NCBI GenBank assembly: GCA_043747615.1
Contig: JAYTOU010000100.1
Span: forward strand, 1-49,445
Source of the DNA: Myxococcales bacterium
GTDB lineage: Bacteria; Myxococcota_A; Polyangia; Polyangiales; Polyangiaceae
Direction: 5' to 3'
Length of the DNA: 49,445 nt
The stretch's first letter is position 1; each line of letters begins with the position of its first letter. The position numbers and the translations under genes are program-made. Below are positions 17,601 to 27,166 of the stretch, piece after piece. The notes beneath the pieces are model-generated. The model had not been told where the DNA came from, did not search any database, and saw only the letters and a program-made list of their open reading frames with translations.

Positions 17601-20472
17601 GCGCCTGAAGAGATGCGAGCTCTGCCAGCGCGGTTCGGGCCGACTCCGGCGAATCCATCGCGCGCGCGGCGGTGGCGGCCTGCCTTGCGAGTACCCGCGC
17701 CAGACGCTCGGCGATGAGCTCATCGTCCGGAGACTCTCTCAGCGCGCGCGTGTAGATCTCCGCGGCGCGCACGTCGTCTCCCAAGCGGAGCTCGTCGATC
17801 TCGGCAGCGCGTACGAGAAATCGAAGGCGATCGTCGGGGCTCGTCGAATCCTTGGCGAGCGTCTCGATGGCCGTGCGCAGCGTCTTGTGATCGCCGGAAG
17901 CCTCGAGCATCCGCGCGATCTCTTCGGGCGGCACGGGGTGCGTAGGATCGAGGGCGTGCGCGGCCTGCAAAGACCTGAGGGCATCGGTCGGCGAGCGGAG
18001 CTTCTTGTCCTGGATCTGCGAGAGGCTGAGATAGAGCGAGAGTTTTTCACGCGGCTGCGATGCGTTCCCGATGCGCGCGGTAAGTGACTCGGCGGCGCGA
18101 TCCCAGCGGCCAGCCTCTTCGTGCAGCCGGGTCTCGAGCGCGCGCGCGACGGGATGGGCGCCGTCGTGCTCGAGGACGTCGTCGACGAGGGACAGCGCGC
18201 GTGCCGGATCGATCCGCGCGAGCGCCGACGCTGCTCGGGTGCGCAACGTAAGAACCCCGACACCGTCGCCAGCGAGCCGGGCTTCGTCGAGGAGCGCGCG
18301 AGACAGAGCGCGTTCGTCCCCGGTACGGGCCGCATTGCGCGCGAGACCGAGCACAGCGCCACGCCGATCCGGCTCGATGAGAAGAATTTCTTCGAAGGCG
18401 CGCGCAGCCCGCCGGCTGTCGCCGATCAGCTCTTCCCAGATCAGCGCTATTTTCTCGAGGTACGCCACCTTTCGACCGTTGTCCCGCGAGCACTCCACCG
18501 CCTGGGCGTAGAGATCGATCAGTGCCCGCGCTTCTCCGTCCGCGCGTTCTGAAGGGGAGGGCGCGAGCAAGCGCGCGAGCGCGTCGAGGACCTCGGCGTC
18601 ACCCGGGGCCGCAATCCAGGCACCTCGCAGGTGACGGATGGCGTCGTTCGGTCGCGCCAGGATGTTCTCGGCGATGTGCGCGGCCTTTCCGAGCGCACGG
18701 GCGCGCTTGGTCGCGTCCTCCTCCAGGCGAGAGGCCTCGGAGACCCACATGTTCACGCGCTGCTCGTCTTTTCCCGCCGTCGCGAGGAGTCGATCCAGCA
18801 TGTCGAGCAGAGACGCATCGTTGGGATCGATCGCCAGCGCTTGCTCCACGTCGGCGATGGCGTCGTCAATCTCTTCGAGTCGCTCGTTGATCCGTGCAAG
18901 GGCGAGGAACTCGTAGCCGAGCACCTCCGGGTCGTTGAAAAAGTGGAGCCGCGCTCGGCGCGCACGTACAGCCTCGGGCCACTCGGCCATCGCTTCGTGG
19001 AGCCTGACGAGCTCGTCGAGCACGCGGCGATCGACCGTGGGCATCGTGGGGGCATGGCGCGCGGCGCGGGTGAGGAGCTCGATGGCCTGTGGCGTGTCGC
19101 GTAACCGTTCGTTCGCGATGATCGCCGCGTCGAGGAGGAGCCGAGCCGCCCGAAACGGATCGATCTCGATCGTTGCTTCTTCGTTTAGGCGCAGGACGAG
19201 GGCCACGGCGTCGTTGTGAGCTGCGAGATGCCGAACAAGCGCATCCCGCACCGGACCTACGCTTGCGTCGAGCTCGACCGCGCGCTCGAGGGCACCCCGT
19301 GCCGCATCGAGTTTTCGGAGCCGCCACTCGAGAATGAAGGCGCGCTCCACATGAAGCCACGCCGCGAGGCGGGGCTCGGAGTGGTAAGCGTCGGCCATCT
19401 GCGCGAGGTGGTAGGCAAGCGCTTCGTGCGCTTCGAGCGAGCCTTGGTTGGCCCGACTGGTGAGCTCACCCTCGAGCCCCTTCAGTGACGCTGCATGACG
19501 AGGAGCCCGGGTGAGGGCTTGCTCCCAGACGGCGCGCACGCTGTCCGGCTGCTCTCCCATGGCGTCGAGGAGGCGTGCCTTCTCCACGAGAAGCTCGAGC
19601 GTCGCGGCTTCCGCAGTCGATGCTGAGAGCTCGTGATCGAGATGAGCGAGCATCGCTCCCAGCGCGGCCCGACCGTGCTTTCGCCGACGCAGGATGGCGT
19701 GCGCCGCGGCGAGACGCGGATCGATCCGCAGCGCCGCTTCGGCGTGAACGATTGCCCGAGCGTCGTCGGCGAGCACCGTTTCGCTCGCCACAGCCATCTC
19801 GATGTGAGCGCGCGCGAGACCGACTTTGTCGTCCGTGGGCTCGAGCGTCGAAATGCGCGCGAGGAGAAGCTCTCCGAGCGCGCCGGGGTTCGCGGCCGAC
19901 TCGGCGATCGAAGGGCGCCTGGCCGGCGATCCGGTCTGATCAGGAAGGCTCGGAAAGCTCCGGCGTGCCCCGCCCGTCTGATCGGGACTGCGCGGCGGCG
20001 GCAGGGGCGGCATCTTGGACTGCGAGCCGGTTTGATCAGCCGATCGCGGAAGCGGAGGCGGCCCCTTCGACAACGAAGGAGACGGCTTTGGCGGGAGCGG
20101 AGGTGGCTGCTGCGAAGGCGACGCGACCGGAAATTCTTGAGCGCGCCGCGCGGCGACCGAGGGGTTCAAATTCTGGGCGGGCGCGAGCTCGAACGGGGTA
20201 GGGAGCATCAGCGCGGGCACGCGAGCCTTCGCCGGCGGCATGGAAGCTGGCGATCCGTCGGCATGCGTGCGCGGCTGTTCGTCGGCTGCGATCTGGAGCG
20301 ATCTCACTTGCTCGCCGATGTCCCAAGGCTCGTCCGTCATCGCCAAAAGCTTGTCGATGGACGATAGGTCGTTCACCGACTCGCCGGCCGGCGGAAGGAG
20401 AGCTTTTCCGGGCACAGTGACGGGGTCCGGCATGTTCGGAAGTTGCGGACGATCGGCGCGCGGTTGCGCCAT
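14674..20472 (-). CDS. Giant TPR-repeat protein (~1930 aa) with Pro-rich N-terminus, myxobacterial AgmK-like architecture
   Basis: Many helical repeats such as ALRIDP, ILQLDPTD and ALAIDQAN; GGAGG upstream of ATG 20472. Confidence 0.88.
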   Translation of the reverse strand: MAQPRADRPQLPNMPDPVTVPGKALLPPAGESVNDLSSIDKLLAMTDEPWDIGEQVRSLQIAADEQPRTHADGSPASMPPAKARVPALMLPTPFELAPAQNLNPSVAARRAQEFPVASPSQQPPPLPPKPSPSLSKGPPPLPRSADQTGSQSKMPPLPPPRSPDQTGGARRSFPSLPDQTGSPARRPSIAESAANPGALGELLLARISTLEPTDDKVGLARAHIEMAVASETVLADDARAIVHAEAALRIDPRLAAAHAILRRRKHGRAALGAMLAHLDHELSASTAEAATLELLVEKARLLDAMGEQPDSVRAVWEQALTRAPRHAASLKGLEGELTSRANQGSLEAHEALAYHLAQMADAYHSEPRLAAWLHVERAFILEWRLRKLDAARGALERAVELDASVGPVRDALVRHLAAHNDAVALVLRLNEEATIEIDPFRAARLLLDAAIIANERLRDTPQAIELLTRAARHAPTMPTVDRRVLDELVRLHEAMAEWPEAVRARRARLHFFNDPEVLGYEFLALARINERLEEIDDAIADVEQALAIDPNDASLLDMLDRLLATAGKDEQRVNMWVSEASRLEEDATKRARALGKAAHIAENILARPNDAIRHLRGAWIAAPGDAEVLDALARLLAPSPSERADGEARALIDLYAQAVECSRDNGRKVAYLEKIALIWEELIGDSRRAARAFEEILLIEPDRRGAVLGLARNAARTGDERALSRALLDEARLAGDGVGVLTLRTRAASALARIDPARALSLVDDVLEHDGAHPVARALETRLHEEAGRWDRAAESLTARIGNASQPREKLSLYLSLSQIQDKKLRSPTDALRSLQAAHALDPTHPVPPEEIARMLEASGDHKTLRTAIETLAKDSTSPDDRLRFLVRAAEIDELRLGDDVRAAEIYTRALRESPDDELIAERLARVLARQAATAARAMDSPESARTALAELASLQAQRIGRSPDGALARALSFDLALILVELGRDLPHAVSLLESVLAEDPAHHPSLRALEAVARKTGEWASLANTLSRQAEAFQDVRARLGSLWGLAALEEWRLPVGDTASTYSRILQLDPTDPAALEATVRRDLPNARRGEPRSRKAVIGALRALFVLASDDGTRLAIQLRLALILEGAGNDTTGEATSSAIIREANDRYRAALHLDELSVTAATGLARTATRLHDTEGAVAAAVSLADLSAAPTARARYLIDAAELLLGPDRDERLGKVATRRTRAGELLEKALDADADSLPAAARLSSVRVEDHEGERLLDTFRGAIKRARTPDAIVLLGTEIARVARDELRDLTVAIDAMRRVREAAPQHVPSLLTLSELCIAQRSWPEAVNALEAVVALGREAAPRLTALFALASIYERVLARPVDAEGALRAALAIDQANPRALRALIRHLTTHHSENGALKPECREEVAELLERLSVVERDPDQKCELLLELAELRGKLGDLAAVERTLVEAVAQTPGSGKAFNRLSQCFGAKGGGPAGAATERGAAGRDDASFARALGLVIARGQQLGKVHAAWLASLGQIEIESLGKLREGIGHYQQAVKLDPGLYETRYELARAYAKAGAHEDCSRQLLSMLLPVCTPLLEVKGPAAALTLLEQSLSSERRAEEALVVSELRAMAGELDNGRLAWLRQRRLGQLEPHHAQLDRPSIVTHVLPPEGRHVMLEIAAAVAGMESKILRADLTEIGISLRDRVSPRSGHPTRALLERLCRTLGLADIELVIAQSVTRTRVLALDELWVVVPQALTQLPEPTQLASLARALTRISLGVPWVEELPPPHIEAMLIACARQVVHGYGADELDVLSQKLVAQYEPNVARALGRRQRKLLEELAPHIGAPQGRPIPIDTFIGALAQAEVRAASLLTGDLLATLDEMRALDAPLFHATEVPGPLTLKAVLEHPFAGDVCRFALSGEAMALRRRIGTSWTG

Positions 20473-20528
20473 GAGGCCTCCGCCGCCCATGGTCGCACGA
20501 ATCCCGGGCCGTGGGGTAAGATGTGCTC

Positions 20529-21143
20529 GTGGTTTTCAGATCCTTGCGCTCGGGCTCGTCGAGGTCCGTGCGGCGTCTTATTTTCACTGGCCTTGCCCTC
20601 GTTGCGCTGAGCGTGGACGGCTGCACGTTCCTGGTGGATTTCGTCCAAGCGCCCGCTGAGTGCGAGGGCGGTGCGTGCCTGGATGGGGGCGACGCGTCGC
20701 TGGATGTGCATGCCGAGTCCGCCGCTGACGGAGCGCTCGACGCAGGCCCCAAGCAGTGCGGGCTCTATAAGCCCGACGGCTCCCGCGCTCCGTGCACCAT
20801 CAACGTTGGGCTCGGCGTCGGCTTCTACTGCGCGTGTCATGCGCTCAACAACTACGGGGGCTCACCCGACGATCTCGTCCAATGCCGGACCGACGGGTCG
20901 GTGCTCGCGGCGACGGCGTGCGCCAATGGCTGCGCGAACTTTCCCCAAGGCTACCGCGACGAGTGCGACAACTGCGCCGGGAAGTCCGGAAAGTACTGCG
21001 GCGCGCAGCTCGCCTATGACGGCGGGCCAAGGCTGATCATCATCTGCGACAAGGGAAAAGCCTTCAGCGTGGACGAATGCTCCAACGTCGGAAGCCTCGC
21101 CGGAAACTGCGTCGGTGCGCCCGGTACCGCCGTTTGTAACTAG
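20529..21143 (+). CDS. Secreted or lipid-anchored Cys-rich protein
   Basis: Hydrophobic signal ending VDGC; 17 Cys; two GxYC modules. Start placed at GTG 20529 behind TAAGAT. Confidence 0.75.
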   Translation: MVFRSLRSGSSRSVRRLIFTGLALVALSVDGCTFLVDFVQAPAECEGGACLDGGDASLDVHAESAADGALDAGPKQCGLYKPDGSRAPCTINVGLGVGFYCACHALNNYGGSPDDLVQCRTDGSVLAATACANGCANFPQGYRDECDNCAGKSGKYCGAQLAYDGGPRLIIICDKGKAFSVDECSNVGSLAGNCVGAPGTAVCN

Positions 21144-21152
21144 CCGGCTCGA

Positions 21153-23072
21153 CTAAAAGGGGCGGCCGCGTGCGTGGGCTTCGGCGGTCGAGGCGAGGTT
21201 GCCGCAAGCTGCGGGCCCGAGATCGTGGAGCTCGGCGGGATCGTCGGCGAGGTCGTAGCAGTTCCACGCGTGGTCGCCTTGGGTGGCGATGAGCTTTTTC
21301 GTTCCGCGGATCGCGCCCCAATTCTTGAACGCGCAAGCCCAGAGCTCGCTGCAGTTCGTGAGGAGGACAGCGCCATCGGTGCTCGAGCCGCCGCGTAAAA
21401 GGCTGCTTCCAGGCATCTTCGCGCGAAACCCGCGAAGGCCCTCCGCGTCCCACAACCCCAGAAGATCGAGGATGGTCGGGAGCACGTCGAGCGTCGTGAG
21501 CGGAGTGTCCTCGAGTCTGCGGAGGCTCGCCTCTTCACTCGTCGTGAGAGTCTGCGCAGGCGCGTCGATCCACGCAGGGATGCGGATCTCCTCTTCGTAG
21601 AGCGTGCCCGTGTGCCCGACCGCGCCCTTCTCGCGCATCTGCTCGCCGTGATCGGAGAGAAACACCACCACCGTGCGTGCGCCTTCTGGCCGCGCGCGCA
21701 GTGCTTCGAGAAAGCGACCGATGGCCCGGTCTTGGAGGTAGATCGCGTCCTGGTAACGATTTCGGATTTCCGTTTCGTAGCCAGGCCCCGTTGCTTCCTC
21801 TTCGGGCAAGAACGGGGCGAACGCGTGATCGACCTTGTAGGGAAAATGAGTGTTCGACAGGTGCAGCACCCCGACGAAGGGCTCCGTGAGCGCACCGAGA
21901 TCCCCCGCCGCGTAGTCCACGAGCTTGCCGTCATCGGCGCCGATTTCGAGCTCGGCGTCCGGCTCGATTTGGGACGCACTGACGAAGCGGGTCAACGGTA
22001 GGCCATCCATCCAGGCCCCGGAATTTCCGAAGAGCAGATTTTGCGACGTCCAGTAGGCCGTGTCGATATGCGCGGCGCGTGCGTACTCCCATATGAGCGG
22101 TGCCGAATGGAGCGCGGCGCGAGACTCGCCCGGCGCGAGACCACTCCACATGACGGAGAGTGAAATCGCCGTCGTCGAATCCACGCTTCGCATCTGGCGG
22201 AGCGGGATCCGGTGGGGCGCGGCCGCGTTCGAGAACGGCGTGAACATGCACTCCTTCTCGTAGCCGACGCACGTGCTCATCGCGCGCACGGACTCGGTGA
22301 GGATAAAGAGGACATTGCGCTTCGCCGGGGCGTGCGCCACGAGAGGCGGGATTACGAGGGGCGTGCGGGCGCTTGGGTGAACGCGTTCGACCGTCTCGTT
22401 GTGGTCCCAGTGGGCTCGCGCGAGCTGACCCATCGCCGAAAGATAGAGCATATCCGGAGTGGCATCTTGCTCGCCTCGCGCAGGCGATACGAAGAGCGCC
22501 ATGAGGAGCGCGGCTACCGCTAAATCGAGGGCGATCCGCGATCGTCGAGGGCGTGTCGCCGCCAGGGCGCGCCCGAACAACGGTAAGAACAAGGCGACGA
22601 CGAGCGGCGGGAGAACAGCGGCCGCGAACGTGCTGCGATCACTCCATAGCTGCTGGCCGACGCTGGGGAGCATCGAGGTGCCCACGAGCACGGCGCGGTG
22701 ATTGAGATACGCTTGGTAGCGCTCGAACGTGTAGACCTGCGCGCCGAGCGCGAAGACCGCACCTGCCACGAGAGCCCCGCGCGCGAGCCAACGAACCGCC
22801 CCCCGCCGCCGCGTCGAGACCACGATGAGAGCGCCCCAGAGCGCGGCGCAAAGCACGGCGCTCAGGAAATAAAAAAGTTGAGCGCGGTGCGTGAGGTGCG
22901 CGAGCATCTGGGGCCGACGCCCGAGATCGCCCCAGACGATGGCCACCATGGGGAAGACGAAGAGGAGGCGAGCTGCGAAACGGCGGTAGTACGCCGCTCT
23001 CCGGCGGGGCAGCGCCCGCGGAAAAGACGAGCGTTCGTGCGTTACGCTCGCTCGACCCTGGAGGCGCGACAT
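21153..23072 (-). CDS. Membrane-bound sulfatase-like / LTA-synthase family protein
   Basis: N-terminal TM segments followed by NVLFILTESVR, NTHFPY, VVVFLSDHGE, YEEEIRIP, YDLADDPAE. Start uncertain. Confidence 0.85.
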   Translation of the reverse strand: MSRLQGRASVTHERSSFPRALPRRRAAYYRRFAARLLFVFPMVAIVWGDLGRRPQMLAHLTHRAQLFYFLSAVLCAALWGALIVVSTRRRGAVRWLARGALVAGAVFALGAQVYTFERYQAYLNHRAVLVGTSMLPSVGQQLWSDRSTFAAAVLPPLVVALFLPLFGRALAATRPRRSRIALDLAVAALLMALFVSPARGEQDATPDMLYLSAMGQLARAHWDHNETVERVHPSARTPLVIPPLVAHAPAKRNVLFILTESVRAMSTCVGYEKECMFTPFSNAAAPHRIPLRQMRSVDSTTAISLSVMWSGLAPGESRAALHSAPLIWEYARAAHIDTAYWTSQNLLFGNSGAWMDGLPLTRFVSASQIEPDAELEIGADDGKLVDYAAGDLGALTEPFVGVLHLSNTHFPYKVDHAFAPFLPEEEATGPGYETEIRNRYQDAIYLQDRAIGRFLEALRARPEGARTVVVFLSDHGEQMREKGAVGHTGTLYEEEIRIPAWIDAPAQTLTTSEEASLRRLEDTPLTTLDVLPTILDLLGLWDAEGLRGFRAKMPGSSLLRGGSSTDGAVLLTNCSELWACAFKNWGAIRGTKKLIATQGDHAWNCYDLADDPAELHDLGPAACGNLASTAEAHARGRPF

Positions 23073-23200
23073 TGAAATCGGCAAATAGACACGCAGCGGA
23101 TTCGTTTTGCAAGTTGACGAACGTCCGCTCCGATATGCTCGCGTTCATCGAATTCCTATCGACACTCGAGAAGTGTTTCTTCAACCCACTTGGAGGCTCC

Positions 23201-24916
23201 ATGAAGCTCGCGCCGTCCGCATCCCCGCTGTCCATTCTCGTCCTTGCCCTCGGCAGCGCTTTTTTGGCCGCCTGCAGCAGCTCCTCATCGACCGGTGATA
23301 CTCGCCTAGACGCCGGATCTCAGATGGACGTCATGACGACGCCGGTCGTCGACAGCGGCAATTCGATGGACACCGGCCCGAGCGAGACGGTCACCGCAAA
23401 CGCCGCGAGTGGGTCGATCTACCTTGGCCAAATTGCGCAGCTCGATTCTTCGTCGAGCTCGGCGGTTCCTCCGGCGCCGATCACCTACGCATGGACGGTC
23501 GTGTCGGCTCCCGCGGGGAGCGCCGTCGCCACCTCCTCGCTCATCGGAGCGAGCGGCGCAAAGCCCTCCTTCACGCCGGACAAGACCGGTGCATACGCGC
23601 TGAGGGTGACAGCCACCGCCGCCGGCGCGTCGAACGCCAAGGCGGTCACCATCACGGTGAGCGCCGCTCCGATTTTCTACGTCTCCACGGACAAGACGAT
23701 CGCGACGGACGAGACCACCAGCATCAACGTGGTCGGCTCCGACGGGTCGGGCGCCGCGGCGATCACCTGCAACTTCCGCGACGCCGGAAGCAACACCGAT
23801 TTGAACGCATTGGCAGTGGGCAAAGGGGGCGGCGATTGGTGGGAAGCGCCTGCCGGCACCGACTCGCGCGCGGCCTTCTTCCTCAGCGAGCGAGAGGCGG
23901 ACGGCGGGACGACGACCTTCCTTGCTTCGGCAACGTCGGCGTCGAGCTGCGCCGCTCCTCCGCTCCGGCTCGACTCGCTGGCGACTGGCTACGTCGGTTT
24001 TCAGCCGCGCTTCTCGCCGGATGGATCGCGCATCGCATACGTGCGCATGGCACCGGGCGAAGGGGGAAGGATGGCGACGATCGCCCCCGACGGAAGCACC
24101 CCTCATTTCGAGATCGCGCAGTTCTACCCAAACGATGCGGCGGCGGCCCTCGCAAACGTCGTGCGCCCGCGTTGGCAAGACGCGACGCATCTTGGCTGGA
24201 TCGTCCCGACCTCCGGAGGCTGGCAACTCTTCACGGCGGTCGACGCGAACGGCAGCACCGCGGCGAACTTCATGACCTGCCCCACGTCGATGTACGGCGT
24301 CCCGGGTCAGTTCGATTTTCTCCCCGACGGCTCGGTGCTCGTGAGCGCGCTCGCGCCTCCGGGTGACGGCGCCAAGGGCCCGACGGATCTCGTCATTCTC
24401 AAACCGAACGCGGGCACGCAGGTCTGCGAGCTGGTGCGGAACCTCACCACTCTCGACGGTCCCTCGGGCTCGGCGGCCGACGAATTCGCGCTCTCGCCCG
24501 ATAAGAAGCGGGTCGCTTTTCTCCGCAACGACGCTAGCGGGTCGCAGAATGCTTCTCTCTTCATCGCGGCGGTAGATGGAACGACGCCGCCAGCCGCAGT
24601 GGGCGGCGCTCCCTCGTTTGGCGGCACGGTCGGTCCGCGCTGGATCGCAGGTGGTTCCATGCTGTCGTGGGGCCAGAACGGCGTCTCGCTCGGGTCGGAC
24701 GCAGGCGTCGGTGTGGCGGTCATTTCTTCCGGCGGAGGAACCCTCGCAACGGTCGTCACACCCACCGCCGTTACATCGGGATACGCGTTCGGTCCCGGCA
24801 CGAGCTTCTGCTCGATCGGGATTGCCGGCGGCTCGACGCTGACTGGAATTGGCGCGCTGGCTGGCTTTGCGGCTCTCCTCGTGCGACGGCGCCGCTCGAC
24901 CCGCTCTAGTCGATAG
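23201..24916 (+). CDS. Lipoprotein with PKD/Ig-like domain, TolB-like (PD40) propeller and MYXO-CTERM-like tail
   Basis: GGAGG before ATG 23201; lipobox LAAC; YAWTVVSAPAGS; PRFSPDGSRIAY and FALSPDKKRVAF; C-terminal CSI-TM-RRRR. Confidence 0.85.
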   Translation: MKLAPSASPLSILVLALGSAFLAACSSSSSTGDTRLDAGSQMDVMTTPVVDSGNSMDTGPSETVTANAASGSIYLGQIAQLDSSSSSAVPPAPITYAWTVVSAPAGSAVATSSLIGASGAKPSFTPDKTGAYALRVTATAAGASNAKAVTITVSAAPIFYVSTDKTIATDETTSINVVGSDGSGAAAITCNFRDAGSNTDLNALAVGKGGGDWWEAPAGTDSRAAFFLSEREADGGTTTFLASATSASSCAAPPLRLDSLATGYVGFQPRFSPDGSRIAYVRMAPGEGGRMATIAPDGSTPHFEIAQFYPNDAAAALANVVRPRWQDATHLGWIVPTSGGWQLFTAVDANGSTAANFMTCPTSMYGVPGQFDFLPDGSVLVSALAPPGDGAKGPTDLVILKPNAGTQVCELVRNLTTLDGPSGSAADEFALSPDKKRVAFLRNDASGSQNASLFIAAVDGTTPPAAVGGAPSFGGTVGPRWIAGGSMLSWGQNGVSLGSDAGVGVAVISSGGGTLATVVTPTAVTSGYAFGPGTSFCSIGIAGGSTLTGIGALAGFAALLVRRRRSTRSSR

Positions 24917-25626
24917 GCTTCGCGACGTTCATGACGCTGCCGTTCATGTCGGTCGTCCAGTAGACCGCCTCGTCGTCGACGGCGATGCCACGGGGCCCGG
25001 GGGGGCCGCTGAAGCGAGCCTTCGGAGGAGCGCTGGGCGCGGCGTTCTTGTCGGCACGCATGATGGTCCCAAGCAATCCACCACCGGTCACCCAGTAGAC
25101 GCTGCACGGTGCCATCGCTATTGTTGGTCCAGAAGACATAGGTGCTGTCCACCGCGATGCCCTCCGGGCTCCCCTGACCGCCGAGAATGGTATTGGCAGC
25201 GAGGGTGACCGCGCTGAACGACCGGACTTCAGTGGGCATCGTCACGTACACGTGCGTGGCGTCGAGCGCGATTCCGCGCGGCGCGGGGACTAGGTTCGTG
25301 GTGGGCACGAGGTTCCCCAAGTTCAAATCGAACTTTTCGATTACGCTCAGTCCGACGCCCGTGCTCACGCGATAGACGTGCGTGCCTACCGCCAGATCAG
25401 GCGAGATGATGCTTGCCACTACGGTGGCGAGACCGCCCCCATCGGTGAGGACTCTGCCGACGACGTTGGGGCCGGTGAAATAGACGTAGCCTTTGGAGAC
25501 CGCGATCGCCTCCACATACTTGTGCGTCACGAGCCCGAGCTGAGCTCCTCCGTCTTTGTTGGCGCCCAGCACGCCACCATCGAGGTCCAGACTCCTCCAG
25601 TGGACGCCGTCGTTGAAGCGCGGGAC
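24906..25626 (-). pseudogene. Truncated and frameshifted beta-propeller protein (GIAVD..VYWT repeats)
   Basis: Repeats PRGIALDATHVY and PEGIAVDSTYVFWT in one frame; VYWVT...PRGIAVDDEAVYWT in another frame after ~25100; no signal peptide or proper N-terminus. Confidence 0.7.
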
Positions 25627-26058
25627 TCAGCGCTTCGCGGGCGCGTGGAGGGCGCATGCTCCATCGCATGACGTTCTTCCCCCGAGGCGATAGCGGTTGT
25701 TCGCGATCGTACGATAGACGAGCTCCGCCAGCTGCTTGATGCCCGGAAGGTAGTACGCGTAGGCCAGCACGCCGAAGACGCGGATGGTCATCGCCACCCG
25801 GGCGATCCCTTCGGCACCCGCAAAGAGGCGACCGTCCGGCGAGACGACCACGATGCGCTTCATGCACTCCTCGAAAGTGACGCCCGGAAATGCGTCGAGC
25901 ACTCCTGGCTCTTGAAACGATCGGAGCTCCACGCTTCCCGGTGCGCCCCATCGGGCGAGACGCTCCGCCCCCGCGGTGCAGATGCGGCAGTGGCTGTCGT
26001 AGAGCGCGATCCACGCCCGTCCGCCGGGCGGCGCCGTGTGCGTCCGGAAGGTGCTCAT
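25627..26058 (-). CDS. DCC1-like thiol-disulfide oxidoreductase (DUF393)
   Basis: YDSHCRIC (DxxCxxC) motif and C-terminal YRTIANNRYRLGG. Confidence 0.88.
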   Translation of the reverse strand: MSTFRTHTAPPGGRAWIALYDSHCRICTAGAERLARWGAPGSVELRSFQEPGVLDAFPGVTFEECMKRIVVVSPDGRLFAGAEGIARVAMTIRVFGVLAYAYYLPGIKQLAELVYRTIANNRYRLGGRTSCDGACALHAPAKR

Positions 26059-26096
26059 GACTGCATGCTAGGGCCGAAAAGCGCCACGCCAAGCGG

Positions 26097-26143
26097 TAAT
26101 ATAAGCTTGTTGCGTTTATGCGTATTCATGTAATAAGTACTCC
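26097..26143 (+). promoter_or_regulatory. AT-rich promoter/operator region of sahR-ahcY
   Basis: Strongly AT-rich relative to the window; imperfect palindrome ATATAAGC-N5-GCGTTTAT upstream of an ArsR-family regulator. Confidence 0.45.
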
Positions 26144-27166
26144 GTGCTCGACGCTCCGGTCTCTCCGACCCGATGGGATCTCTACCGCGTGCTCTCCGAG
26201 CCGGCGCGGTTGCGTCTCCTCGCTCTGTGTGCGGAGGAGGAGCTCGCGGTCCTCGAGCTGGCCGAGCTTCTCGGAGAGAGTCAGCCCAACGTGTCGCGCC
26301 ATGCCGCTCCGCTAAAACAGGCGGGCCTCTTGTCGGTGCGCCGGCAGGGGACGCGCACACTTCTTCGGCTCCGCGAAGATGCGGCGACCGATCCGGTGAT
26401 CGCCGATGCGCTGGCGAGCGGTCGTGCGCTCTGCGATGCCGATGGAAGCATCGCGCGCGTCAGCGACGTGCTCCGCGCTCGAGATGCAGTAGCCCGCGAC
26501 TACTTCGCGCAGCCGCGAAAGGGGGAAAAAAATGAGCTCGCCCGCCCCCCTGCAGAAATCGGCGCGTATCTCGCCGCTGTAGCATGTCTTCTTCCCCAGC
26601 GCGATCTGGCGGTGGACGCAGGCACGGGGGACGGTGGCCTCCTCGACGTTCTCGCGCCGACGTTCAAGCGCGTGGTGGGGATCGATCGCTCCCTCGCCCA
26701 GCTCGAGCGCGCCAAAGAACGCGTGGCGCTCCGCGGGTACGCGAACGTCACGTTGGTGGAGGGTGAGCTCGCCGGTCCCGAAGTGGGGCGTGCCGTCGGT
26801 CGCGGAGCAGACGTCGTATTCGCTGCGCGGCTCCTTCATCACGCGCCGAAGCCGGCCGCGGTGGTCGTCGAGCTAGCGAAGCTCACCGCACCCGGCGGCG
26901 CGCTCGTCATCCTCGACTACGCCCATCACGACGACGAGTCGATGCGCGATCAGGCGGATTTATGGCTCGGTTTCGCGGCGACCGAGCTGAAGAAATTCGC
27001 CCGCAGCGCAGGGCTCGAAGAAGCAGAGGTCACCCCTCTCCCCTCGGCGCTCATCGGGCGCGGGCCCGACGCACACCTTCCCTGGCACGTTCTCATTGCT
27101 CGAAAAAACTCAACTTCCGCGTCTACTGCGCGGCGTCACAAAAAAGGAACGGATCATCATGGCTGA
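26144..27166 (+). CDS. sahR: ArsR-family HTH plus SAM-dependent methyltransferase-fold regulator (SahR-type)
   Basis: ArsR HTH ([10 protein letters not shown]...SQPNVSRH...LKQAGLL), SAM motif [15 protein letters not shown]; overlaps the ahcY start. Confidence 0.85.
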   Translation: MLDAPVSPTRWDLYRVLSEPARLRLLALCAEEELAVLELAELLGESQPNVSRHAAPLKQAGLLSVRRQGTRTLLRLREDAATDPVIADALASGRALCDADGSIARVSDVLRARDAVARDYFAQPRKGEKNELARPPAEIGAYLAAVACLLPQRDLAVDAGTGDGGLLDVLAPTFKRVVGIDRSLAQLERAKERVALRGYANVTLVEGELAGPEVGRAVGRGADVVFAARLLHHAPKPAAVVVELAKLTAPGGALVILDYAHHDDESMRDQADLWLGFAATELKKFARSAGLEEAEVTPLPSALIGRGPDAHLPWHVLIARKNSTSASTARRHKKGTDHHG

